A stretch of 64,000 nucleotides of DNA, taken from assembly GCA_963843705.1 (NCBI GenBank), contig CAWJLQ010000009.1, positions 56,770 to 120,769 on the forward strand, read 5' to 3'. Under the pieces are notes generated by a model. The model searched no databases, had not been told where the DNA came from, and saw only the letters and a list, made by a program, of their open reading frames with translations. Made by a program: the position numbers and the translations under genes. Origin of the DNA: an uncultured Actinomycetes bacterium (GTDB taxonomy: Bacteria; Actinomycetota; Thermoleophilia; Gaiellales; JAICJC01). The number at the start of each line of letters is the position of its first letter. The stretch's first letter is position 1. Shown here in pieces: positions 35,873 through 44,267 of the stretch.

Positions 35873-36220
35873 GTGCCGACCCGGCTCGTCTTCCGGTGCG
35901 AGTTCTGCGAGGCCGTCCCCGACGCCGAGACGCAGCTCACGCTCGAGTTCCAGCTGCGCGAGCTGGAGTTCGGCGCCTACGTGGACGCTCCGCCGGGCGG
36001 ATGGCTGACCTGGTACGGCAGCGGCCCGCTGGGGCCGCGCCGCTATGCCTGCGACCGCCACCGCGGTGAGCTGATCGCCTACATCCGTACGCACTACGGC
36101 GCGATCGCGCCGAACCCGTGGCGGCGCCCGCCCTTCCCGATGACGACGCGGACGGCCGACACGGAGCGCGCCATCCGCCACGGCGGCCTGTCCGGGATGC
36201 CGAAGTGGGGCCGCTGGTGA
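35873..36220 (+). CDS. Small hypothetical protein with CxxC...CxxH motif
   Basis: GTG 4 nt after the hhyS2 stop; GC3-rich codons; FRCEFC ... YACDRH. Confidence 0.75.
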   Translation: MPTRLVFRCEFCEAVPDAETQLTLEFQLRELEFGAYVDAPPGGWLTWYGSGPLGPRRYACDRHRGELIAYIRTHYGAIAPNPWRRPPFPMTTRTADTERAIRHGGLSGMPKWGRW

Positions 36221-36498
36221 GCGCGGCCGGCGCGTTCGGGCGGCCCGTCGCGGCGGGCGGCGCCGAGAAGCCGTTCGGCGAGCTCACACTCGCGGATGTT
36301 CGTGCCCGCGCCTCCGAGCTGCGGGACGCGGCCGGCTGGGGGCCGACCGCGCGGGTGGCTCCGGTCGCGCGCGCCTGGGCCGACCTCGCCCGCGCGATGG
36401 AAGCCGCGGGCGCGGGCCGCGTGGCCGACCTCGGCGCCGAGGCCGAGGCGATGGCCGGCCGGTTGTGGGTCGTCCCGCCAGGCGGCAGCCTGCTCTAG
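36217..36498 (+). CDS. Small hypothetical helical protein
   Basis: GTGA overlap with the previous gene; KPFGELTLADVRARASEL...LWVVPPGGSLL. Confidence 0.7.
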   Translation: MSAAGAFGRPVAAGGAEKPFGELTLADVRARASELRDAAGWGPTARVAPVARAWADLARAMEAAGAGRVADLGAEAEAMAGRLWVVPPGGSLL

Positions 36499-36586
36499 CG
36501 ACACCGGGGCCAGGCCCCGCAACGTCGGCCGTTGCACTTCCGTGACGCTTCCGTGCCGGCGCCCGGCCCGTCGCCCCCGGCGGGTG

Positions 36587-37360
36587 CTAGCCCGAGACGG
36601 GCTCATCGATGAGCTCGCGCATCGTCGCCAGTGCGGCCGCCAGCAGCCGTGAGACCTGCATCTGGCTCACGCCGAGCTCCTCGGCGATCGCGCTCTGCGT
36701 CAGTCCGCGGCCGAACCGCAGAAGGATCAGCCGGCGCCGGAACGGGGGTAGCCGGGCGAGCACGGCCGCGATCGCCGCCCGGTGCTCGGCGCGGGTCAGG
36801 TCGGGATCCTCCGCCGCGAGCCGTTGCGGGCGGGCGGCGACGTCCGAATCGTCGAGTGCGGGCAGCGCCCAGTACGCGTCCCGCGCCGCCAGCGCCTCGG
36901 CGACCGCCGACGTCCCGGTGCCGAGCGACTCGGCGACCTCCGCGTGCGTGGGCAGCCGGCCGAGCCGGTGGCTGAGCCGATCGCGCTCGCGCGCGGCGTT
37001 CCGGCTCGCATCCTGGAGGTCGCGCGGCATCCGCACCGCCCAGCCGTGGTCGCGCAGGACGTGGCGCAGCTCGCCGTGGATGCGTGCGCCGGCATAGGTC
37101 GTGAACCGGACGCCGCGATCGGTGCGGAAGCGGTCGATCGCGACGATCAGCGCGACGACCCCCGCCTGGGCGAGGTCGTCGTCGGGGATGCCGGCGCCTC
37201 GATAGCGGCGGGCCGCGCGGCGCGCGAGCCGCTGGTGGCGGAGGACGAGCTCCTCGCGTGCGCCCGTATCGCCCGACTGGCTCCACGTCGCCAGCAGCTC
37301 GTCGCTCGCGTGGGCGAGGCGCGCGGAGCGGGGCCGGGGGCGCAGACTGGGCGACGACAA
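36587..37360 (-). CDS. SigB/SigF/SigG-family RNA polymerase sigma factor
   Basis: DDLAQAG, AIDRFRTDRGVRFTTYA, GELRHVLRDHGWAVRMPRDLQ, LTQSAIAEELGVSQMQVSRLL. TTG at 37360 chosen from the promoter position. Confidence 0.92.
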   Translation of the reverse strand: MSSPSLRPRPRSARLAHASDELLATWSQSGDTGAREELVLRHQRLARRAARRYRGAGIPDDDLAQAGVVALIVAIDRFRTDRGVRFTTYAGARIHGELRHVLRDHGWAVRMPRDLQDASRNAARERDRLSHRLGRLPTHAEVAESLGTGTSAVAEALAARDAYWALPALDDSDVAARPQRLAAEDPDLTRAEHRAAIAAVLARLPPFRRRLILLRFGRGLTQSAIAEELGVSQMQVSRLLAAALATMRELIDEPVSG

Positions 37361-37372
37361 CGGATGTACTCC

Positions 37373-37399
37373 GTACCACGATAGAAGTTCGCCCAAACC
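37373..37399 (-). promoter_or_regulatory. SigB/SigF-type promoter (GGTTT-N16-TGGTAC)
   Basis: Upstream of the second sigma gene; shares CGTGGTACGGA with 16489-16499. Confidence 0.6.
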
Positions 37400-37470
37400 T
37401 CGGCCTGTCCGGCTCGCCTCCGGACGGGGCTCCGCGACGCGCACAGCCGCCGCCGAATACGATCACCCCG

Positions 37471-37914
37471 GTGCCCGATCGTCCGCTTCCCACCGGCCAG
37501 GCCGCGCTCGACCTCGAGCTCGCCCATCTGTTCGTTTCGATGCCGATGCGCCTCGACCGGCCGCGCAGCACCGAGTACGGCATGCCGCCGCTGCACGGCG
37601 TCTTCGGCGGCGTCTCCGCCGACGAGCACGGGTGGCTGTTCGTCTGGGTGGCGTATCTCCCGTCGGCGGGCTCGGCACCGCACATCTCGGTGTGGCCGGC
37701 GGCGCAGGTCGGCGCGTCGTTCGACCTCGTCCTGCCGGCGACCGCCGAGCTCGAGGTGATCGCGCGCGTCGACACGGCCGAGCGCGCGGCCGCCCGGCTG
37801 AAGCACCACCTGGCCGGGATCGCGCAGAGGCGGATCGACCCTGACGTCGAGTATCTGCACCGCGCGGTGGCGGCCTACCGGCAGGACCTGCGCAGGCGCC
37901 GCGACGGCGCCTGA
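37471..37914 (+). CDS. Hypothetical protein
   Basis: GTG 7 nt after a TACGAT -10 box; host-like codon bias; ends 12 nt before the MFS gene. Confidence 0.65.
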   Translation: MPDRPLPTGQAALDLELAHLFVSMPMRLDRPRSTEYGMPPLHGVFGGVSADEHGWLFVWVAYLPSAGSAPHISVWPAAQVGASFDLVLPATAELEVIARVDTAERAAARLKHHLAGIAQRRIDPDVEYLHRAVAAYRQDLRRRRDGA

Positions 37915-37926
37915 GCCGGGACGGCC

Positions 37927-39378
37927 GTGCCCGACCCGGTCCCGGCAGCCCCAGCCGACCGCCGCAGGTGGATCCTGATCGCGACGATCGTCGGGTCGTC
38001 GATGACGTTCGTCGACGGCACGGTCGTGAACATCGCCCTGCCGACGATCGGCCGCGATCTGGGGGCCGGCCTTGGCGCGCAGCAGTGGGTGATGCTGTCG
38101 TACTCGCTCGCCGTCGCCTCGCTCTACATCGTCTCGGGCGCGCTCGGCGACCGGTACGGCCGCTGGACGCTGTTCGTCGCCGGGATCGCCGGGTTCGCCG
38201 TCGCGTCGGCGCTGGCCGGGCTCGCTCCGGACACGAGGCTGCTCGTCGCCGCCCGCGTCCTGCAGGGCGTGGCCGGCGCGCTCCTCACGACCAACAGCCT
38301 CGCGCTCCTGCGGGCGACGTACGGCGAGGACAGCGGCCGGGCGGTCGGCACGTGGACGGCGTGGAGCGGCATCGGCACGATGATCGGGCCGCCGCTGGGC
38401 GGGCTGATCGTCGAGTACGCGTCATGGCGCCTGATCTTCTTCCTGAACCTGCCCGCGGCGGTCGCGGCGCTCGCGCTCGCGTTCGCGGGCCGCAGCCGCG
38501 AGCGGCCGCCCGAGGAGGTGCGCCCGCTGCAGTGGTCCGCGGCCGCGGCGATCGCCCTCACGTTCGGGTCGCTCACCTTCGCGTTGATCGAGGGCGCGCA
38601 GGCCGGCTTCCGCACGGTGTGGTGGGCGTTCCTGGTGTCGGTCGCCGGGCTCGTGCTGCTGGTGGCGCTCGAGCGCCGGTCGGCCATGCCGCTGCTCCCG
38701 ACCGAGCTCCTGCGCGAGCGGCTGTTCGTCGTCGCGAACGCCTACACGCTGCTGGTCTACGCCGCGCTGGGCGGCACCACGTTCTACCTCGCCCTCTACC
38801 TGCAGTCCGCCGCCGTGGGGTACACGCCCGCGCGGGCGTCGCTCGTGTTCCTGCCGATCAGCATCGTCATGTTCGTCCTCGCGGCGCGGTTCGGCCGCCT
38901 GGCCGACCGCGACGGGCCCCGCCGCTACCTCACGGCCGCCCCGCTCGTGATGGCGGCCGGGTTCGGGCTGCTCACGCTCGTCACCTCCACGAGCGCGCTC
39001 GTCCCGTTGCCGGGGGTGCTGGTGATGGCGCTCGGGCTGGCGATGCTCGTCGCGCCGATCACGGCGACGGCGCTGCGGGCCGCACCCGATCACTTCTCGG
39101 GCGTCGCGGCCGGCGTGAACACGACGGTGTCGCGGCTGGGCGGGTTGATCGCCACGCCGCTCGTGGGGGTCGTCATCACCCTGGTGTTCGCCGCGTCGGC
39201 GCCGCACCCCGACGCCGACCCGTTCGCGATCCACGCGCGGGCGGCGGCGCAGCGCGACGCCACCGTCCGTGCGTTCCGGGCCGGCATCGGCCTCTCGGCC
39301 GTCCTGTGCGTCGCGGGGGCGATCCTGGCCGCTCGGGGGCTGCGGTCAGAAGAGCGTCCCGGCTCGCTCCGGGAGTGA
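37927..39378 (+). CDS. MFS transporter, DHA2 (EmrB/QacA-like)
   Basis: DGTVVNIALPTI, GALGDRYGR, WRLIFFLNLP; about 14 TM segments. Confidence 0.93.
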   Translation: MPDPVPAAPADRRRWILIATIVGSSMTFVDGTVVNIALPTIGRDLGAGLGAQQWVMLSYSLAVASLYIVSGALGDRYGRWTLFVAGIAGFAVASALAGLAPDTRLLVAARVLQGVAGALLTTNSLALLRATYGEDSGRAVGTWTAWSGIGTMIGPPLGGLIVEYASWRLIFFLNLPAAVAALALAFAGRSRERPPEEVRPLQWSAAAAIALTFGSLTFALIEGAQAGFRTVWWAFLVSVAGLVLLVALERRSAMPLLPTELLRERLFVVANAYTLLVYAALGGTTFYLALYLQSAAVGYTPARASLVFLPISIVMFVLAARFGRLADRDGPRRYLTAAPLVMAAGFGLLTLVTSTSALVPLPGVLVMALGLAMLVAPITATALRAAPDHFSGVAAGVNTTVSRLGGLIATPLVGVVITLVFAASAPHPDADPFAIHARAAAQRDATVRAFRAGIGLSAVLCVAGAILAARGLRSEERPGSLRE

Positions 39379-40488
39379 ACGCGCGTCGGCGATGTCGGCG
39401 GCGTCGCGCCCGATGCCGCGCAGCGCTCCGGTGATCGGGTTGCGGAAGCCGGCGAAGTGCAGCCCCGGAACGCCACGGTGGACGTCGGCGCCGTGATGCA
39501 GCGGCAGGCCGTCGCCGCCGAGCACGCCCAGGTGGCCGACGATGCCCTCGAGCGCCGGGCGGTAGCCGGTCGCCGCGATCACCGCGTCCACCGGCAGGAA
39601 GTCGCCGCCCTCGAGCTGCGCGCCGCCGGGTGCGAGCGCGAGGACGGCGGGGACGATCGGGATCCGGCCCGCCTTGACGGCCGCCACGAAGCCGTGGTCG
39701 AGGATCGGCAGCGCGCCACGGCGGCGGTGGCGGCGAAAGACGCCGTCGCGCGGGCGCGGCAGACCCACCTCGTCCAGGTCGCCGAGGAAGCGTCGCCGCT
39801 CGATCCCGGCGACGGCGTCGGCCAGCCGCGCCGGCAGATGGGCGAGCGGGACGGCGGCGACCTGGGCGGGCAGCCCCAGCGCCTGGCGGGGCACGATCCC
39901 CGGCGCCGTGCGCACCGCCAGGGCGACGCCGTACGCGCCGCCGCCCGCGAGGTCGAGGGCGATGTCGGAGCCGGAGTTGCCCGCGCCGACCACGAGCACG
40001 TGCGCACCCGCGAACCGCTCGGCGTCGCGGTAGTCGTGCGAGTGGAGCAGCGCGCCGGCGAAGGTCTCCATCCCCGGCCACGGCGGGATGAACGGAACGC
40101 CGTTGTACCCGGTGGCGATCACGACCGCCGCGGCCGGGAGCACGCCGGCCGTCGTGTCCAGCTCGAACCCTCGGGGCGCGCGGTCGACGCGCAGGACGTC
40201 GATGCCGGTCTGGATCTCGACCCGGCGCTCGGCCGCGTACCGCTCGAGGTACTCGACGAAGGCGTCACGCGCCACCCAGCGGCCGGCTGTGCGGGGGATG
40301 CGCATCCCCGGCAGGCCCGAGAGCGACCGCACCGTGTGCAGCCGCAGGCTGGAGTAGTGCGCGCGCCAGGCCGCGCCGGGCGCCGGCGCGCGCTCCAGCA
40401 CGACCGCCTCGACGCCGCGGGCGCGGAGCAGCGCCGCCGTCGCCAGACCGGCCGGGCCCGCTCCCACGATGACAGTCGGCGCCGCCAT
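39346..40488 (-). CDS. Flavin-containing monooxygenase (FMO/YUCCA-like)
   Basis: GAGPAG, WRAHYSSLRLHT, FAGALLHSHDY (FxGxxxHxxxY), GAGNSG, AATGY. Confidence 0.9.
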   Translation of the reverse strand: MAAPTVIVGAGPAGLATAALLRARGVEAVVLERAPAPGAAWRAHYSSLRLHTVRSLSGLPGMRIPRTAGRWVARDAFVEYLERYAAERRVEIQTGIDVLRVDRAPRGFELDTTAGVLPAAAVVIATGYNGVPFIPPWPGMETFAGALLHSHDYRDAERFAGAHVLVVGAGNSGSDIALDLAGGGAYGVALAVRTAPGIVPRQALGLPAQVAAVPLAHLPARLADAVAGIERRRFLGDLDEVGLPRPRDGVFRRHRRRGALPILDHGFVAAVKAGRIPIVPAVLALAPGGAQLEGGDFLPVDAVIAATGYRPALEGIVGHLGVLGGDGLPLHHGADVHRGVPGLHFAGFRNPITGALRGIGRDAADIADARSLPERAGTLF

Positions 40489-40556
40489 GCGGCGGTATCC
40501 TCGCATCGCCGGTCCGCGGGTCGAGAGAGAAGGGGCTTGGCCCGCTTCCGGGCGGA

Positions 40557-41354
40557 TCACCGCACCGGCGAGCGGTGCCCGATCCGGCGCGAGATCTCCT
40601 CTGCCGTCGCCCGCAGCACCGCCCCGAGGCGGGCGATCAGATCGTCCATCGACACCATCGACCGGTGGACGGCGAGGTTCACGGCGGCCACGGGCTCGCC
40701 CCCGTTGGTGCGCACGGCGACGGCGATCGAGCGCAGCCCGTAGGCCAGCTCCTCGTTGTTCACGGCCAGGCCGGTCGCGCGGATCCGGCCCAGCTCGTCC
40801 AGCAGGCACTCGCGGCGGGTGAGCGTGTTCGGGCCGCGCTGGACGAGCTCGGTCGCGTCGAGGACGGCGTCGAGCGCCCGCTCGGGCAGGTACGCCAGGA
40901 TCACCTTGCCCATCGACGTGCAGTACGCCGGCAGGCGCGCGCCGACGTGCAGGTTGAGGTCGATCTGGCTCTGGCCCGGGCGGGGGCTGCGTACGCGGTC
41001 GATGTAGACGATGTCGGCCCGGTCGAGGATGGCCATGTTCACCGTGTGGCCCGTCTTGTCGGACAGCGCCTGCAGGTGCGGCGCGGCGATCTCGCGCAGC
41101 TCCATCGAGTTGATGGCCGAGAAGCCCAGGTCGAGCACCCGCATCCCGAGCCGGTACTTGCGCGTCGCGACGTCCTGCTGCAGGTAGCCCAGCCGGTGCA
41201 GGGTCGACACGTACCGGTGCACCGTGCTGCGGTTCAGGCCGAGCAGCCGGGCGAGGTCGCTGATGCCGAGCAGCGGCTCCTCCGGCCGGAACGCCTGGAG
41301 GATGCCGAGCCCGCGCTCGAGCGATTGCGTCTGTGCCCGGCGCTCGGCGCTCAT
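40557..41354 (-). CDS. IclR family regulator (PcaR/PobR-like)
   Basis: QSLERGL, STVHRYV, GARLPAYCTSMGK, EELAYGLRSIAV. Divergent from the pca/pob operon. Confidence 0.92.
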   Translation of the reverse strand: MSAERRAQTQSLERGLGILQAFRPEEPLLGISDLARLLGLNRSTVHRYVSTLHRLGYLQQDVATRKYRLGMRVLDLGFSAINSMELREIAAPHLQALSDKTGHTVNMAILDRADIVYIDRVRSPRPGQSQIDLNLHVGARLPAYCTSMGKVILAYLPERALDAVLDATELVQRGPNTLTRRECLLDELGRIRATGLAVNNEELAYGLRSIAVAVRTNGGEPVAAVNLAVHRSMVSMDDLIARLGAVLRATAEEISRRIGHRSPVR

Positions 41355-41380
41355 GCGGCCATTCAATCACGGCCGGCCTC

Positions 41381-41432
41381 GTTCCGCATAATGAAACGCT
41401 GTCTTGACATGAGAAAAGGCCACTGCCATCAT
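41381..41432 (+). promoter_or_regulatory. Putative IclR operator and sigma70 promoter of the aromatic operon
   Basis: Imperfect palindrome GTTCCGCATAATGAAAC (41381-41397), then TTGACA (41404)-N17-CATCAT (41427). Confidence 0.6.
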
Positions 41433-41467
41433 CGGCCGCCAGACCACCCGTCGGGAAGGGGAAGGAC

Positions 41468-42808
41468 ATGTCGCAAGGAGAAGTGACCGACTCGAGCCGT
41501 CGGCTCAGCCGACGGCAGCTCGTCCTGCGGGGAGGCGCCGGCGCCGGCGGCCTCCTGATCGCCGGCACGGCGGCGGCGTGCGGCGGCTCCGGGTCGAGCG
41601 GGAGCGGCGGCTCGGGCGGGACCGCCGGCACCTTGAAGATCGGCTTCACGAGTCCGCTGACGGGCCCCGCCGCCGGCTTCGGCGAGCCCGACCCCTACGT
41701 CGTCGGCCTGGCCAAGAAGGCCTTCGCGAAGGGCATCACCGTCGCCGGCAAGACCTGGGACGTGCAGATCATCGAAAAGGACAACCAGGCCACCCCGTCG
41801 GTCAGCGCGCAGGTCGCGAACGACCTGATCCACTCCGAGGGCGTCGACCTCCTGCTGGCGACGTCGACCCCCGAGTCCGTCAACCCCGCATCCGATGCCG
41901 CCGAGGCCGCGGGCGTCCCCTGCATCTCGACCATCGTCCCGTGGGAGGCGTGGTACTTCGGCCGCGGCGCGAAGCCGGGTCAGCCGTCCCCGTTCCGGTT
42001 CACCTACCACTTCTGCTTCGGCACCCAGCAGTTCGCGGACACCTACACCCACCTGTGGCCGCAGGTGCCGACGAACAAGGTGGTCGGCGTGATGTGGCCG
42101 AACGACGCGGACGGCAACGCGATCCGCGAGAACCTCGGCCCGCTGCTGAAGAAGGCCGGGTACACGATCGTCGACCCGGGCGGCTATCAGGACGGCACCA
42201 ACGACTACTCGTCGCAGATCGCGCTCTTCAAGTCGAAGAACTGCCAGATCTTCAACACGTTCCCGATCCCGCCCGACTTCGCCACGTTCTGGCGGCAGGC
42301 GGCGCAGCAGGGCTACACCCAGATGGTGAAGATCGCCCAGATCGCGAAGACGGGGCTCTTCGAGTCGCAGGTGGACGCGCTCGGCAGCCTCGGCACGAAC
42401 CTCGCCACCGGCTTCTACTGGGGCTCCACCTGGCCGTACTCGTCGTCGCTGACCGGCATCTCGAGCGCCGACCTCGCCTCCGGCTACGAGGCCCAGGCGA
42501 ACAAGCAGTGGAACCAGCAGATCGGCCCCAGCATGGCCCTGTTCGACGTCGCCAACGCCGTCTTCAAGGCCAGCGGCGACCCGAAGAACAAGGTCAAGGT
42601 CGCAAACGCCATGAAGAACCTCTCGGTCGACACGCCGCTGGGGACGCTCAAGTGGGGCTCGGGGCCGGTGCCGAACGTCGTCGTCACCCCGATCCCCGGC
42701 GGCCAGTGGGTCAAGGGGACGAAGTACCCGCACGAGTTCCGCTTCTGCGAGAATTCGGACGACCCCAACATCCCGGTGGCTGCCAAGCTGGTTCCGTACA
42801 CCTCATAG
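41468..42808 (+). CDS. Branched-chain-family ABC substrate-binding protein (Tat/lipoprotein), probably for aromatic compounds
   Basis: SRRQLV twin-arginine signal with TAAAC lipobox; LKIGFTSPLTGPAAGFG. Confidence 0.88.
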   Translation: MSQGEVTDSSRRLSRRQLVLRGGAGAGGLLIAGTAAACGGSGSSGSGGSGGTAGTLKIGFTSPLTGPAAGFGEPDPYVVGLAKKAFAKGITVAGKTWDVQIIEKDNQATPSVSAQVANDLIHSEGVDLLLATSTPESVNPASDAAEAAGVPCISTIVPWEAWYFGRGAKPGQPSPFRFTYHFCFGTQQFADTYTHLWPQVPTNKVVGVMWPNDADGNAIRENLGPLLKKAGYTIVDPGGYQDGTNDYSSQIALFKSKNCQIFNTFPIPPDFATFWRQAAQQGYTQMVKIAQIAKTGLFESQVDALGSLGTNLATGFYWGSTWPYSSSLTGISSADLASGYEAQANKQWNQQIGPSMALFDVANAVFKASGDPKNKVKVANAMKNLSVDTPLGTLKWGSGPVPNVVVTPIPGGQWVKGTKYPHEFRFCENSDDPNIPVAAKLVPYTS

Positions 42809-43548
42809 TGCCCGAGACGACCGCGCATGCGCTCGTCGAGGCGGTGGGAGTACGCAAGCGCTTCGGGGCGCTGACGGTGATCGACGGCGTCGACTTCTCG
42901 GTGGCCGAGGGTGACGCCGTCGGCATCGTCGGTCCCAACGGCGCGGGCAAGACGACCCTGCTCAACATCATCTCCGGGGCGCTGCGCCCGGACGGCGGGA
43001 CCGTGCGCCTGGCCGGGGCGGACGTGACCCGCGCGAGCGCCGACCGCCGCTGCCGGCTCGGTATCGGCCGCGCCCACCAGATCCCACGCCCATTCACGGG
43101 CATGACGGTGTTCGAGAACGTCTTCGTCGGCGCCAGCGCCGGCGCCCGCCGCGGCGGACAGGCAGCGTGCGACGTCTGCACCGAGGCGCTGCACGCATGC
43201 GGCCTGCTGCCGCTCGCCAACCGCCGGGCGGAGAGCCTCGGCCTGCTCGACCGCAAGCGGCTCGAGACCGCCAGGGCGCTCGCCACCCGGCCGCGGCTGC
43301 TCCTGCTGGACGAGATCGGGGCCGGACTCACCGACGCCGAGGCGGCGGTGCTGCTCGAGATGATCGCGGGCGTGCGCGCGCAGGGGATCGCGATCGTGTG
43401 GATCGAGCACGTCGTCCACATGCTCGTCCAGGCGATCGACCGGCTCGTGTGCATGGACGCCGGCCGGGTGCTGGCCGAGGGCGATCCGGCGACGGTGATG
43501 AGCGACGCCCGCGTGATCGACGCCTACCTGGGGACGCGGGTCGCATGA
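42808..43548 (+). CDS. ABC ATP-binding protein (LivG-like)
   Basis: GPNGAGKTT, LLLDEIGAGL, WIEH. Confidence 0.9.
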   Translation: MPETTAHALVEAVGVRKRFGALTVIDGVDFSVAEGDAVGIVGPNGAGKTTLLNIISGALRPDGGTVRLAGADVTRASADRRCRLGIGRAHQIPRPFTGMTVFENVFVGASAGARRGGQAACDVCTEALHACGLLPLANRRAESLGLLDRKRLETARALATRPRLLLLDEIGAGLTDAEAAVLLEMIAGVRAQGIAIVWIEHVVHMLVQAIDRLVCMDAGRVLAEGDPATVMSDARVIDAYLGTRVA

Positions 43549-44267
43549 GCCTGCTCGAGGTCGACGGCGTCGACGCGGGCTACGGCCTGCTCCAGGCTGT
43601 GCGCGGCGTCTCGCTCACGCTGGAGAAGGGCGAGACGCTCGCGCTCGTGGGAGCGAACGGCGCCGGCAAGACCACCCTCCTGCGCACGATCGCCGGCGCG
43701 CATCCGGCCGCGGCCGGCCGGGTGTCGCTGGACGGGCGTGACGTCACCCGCACCCCCGCCTACCGGCGTGTGGCCATGGGGATCGCGCTCGTGCCGGAGG
43801 GGCGCAGGCTCTTCCCGGCCATGACCGTCGAGGAGAACCTGCGCATGGGCGGCGCCACCCGCCGGCCCGGGCGGTGGAACGTCGAGTCGGTGCTCGAGGC
43901 GTTCCCGCTGCTCGCGCCCCTGCGGAGGCGGCGCGCGGCGAACCTGTCCGGCGGCGAGCAGCAGGCGGCCGCCATCGGCCGGGCGCTCATGAGCAACCCG
44001 ACCGTGCTCCTGCTCGACGAGGTCTCGCTCGGCCTGGCGCCGGTCGCCGTCGAGGCGGTCTACGCGTCGCTGCGGACGGTCGTCGGAGAGGGGACGACGG
44101 CCGTCGTCGTCGAGCAGGATCTCGAACGGGCGCTCGGCTTCGCCGAACGGGTCGTGTGCATGCTCGAGGGCCGCGTCGTGCTCGAGGGCGCGGCCGAGGC
44201 GGCCGCGCGCGACACGATCACGGCGGCCTACTTCGGCCTCGCGGCCGCGGGCGGAGGCGGCGCATGA
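43545..44267 (+). CDS. ABC ATP-binding protein (LivF-like)
   Basis: GANGAGKTT, VPEGRRLF, LSGGEQQ, LDEVSLGLAP. Confidence 0.9.
   Translation: MSLLEVDGVDAGYGLLQAVRGVSLTLEKGETLALVGANGAGKTTLLRTIAGAHPAAAGRVSLDGRDVTRTPAYRRVAMGIALVPEGRRLFPAMTVEENLRMGGATRRPGRWNVESVLEAFPLLAPLRRRRAANLSGGEQQAAAIGRALMSNPTVLLLDEVSLGLAPVAVEAVYASLRTVVGEGTTAVVVEQDLERALGFAERVVCMLEGRVVLEGAAEAAARDTITAAYFGLAAAGGGGA

Noticed and set aside
39346-39378. 33-bp 3' overlap of the convergent MFS and FMO genes
   Set aside because: Short convergent overlaps are common in GC-rich genomes; no further signal.
41578-43548. Apparent N-terminal extensions or fusions in ORF-track entries (e.g. 41578, 45324, 47562, 53650, 55269, 33946, 10064-12487)
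   Set aside because: The extensions are off-frame overlaps with the upstream gene. Real starts sit at stop/start overlaps or RBSs downstream.
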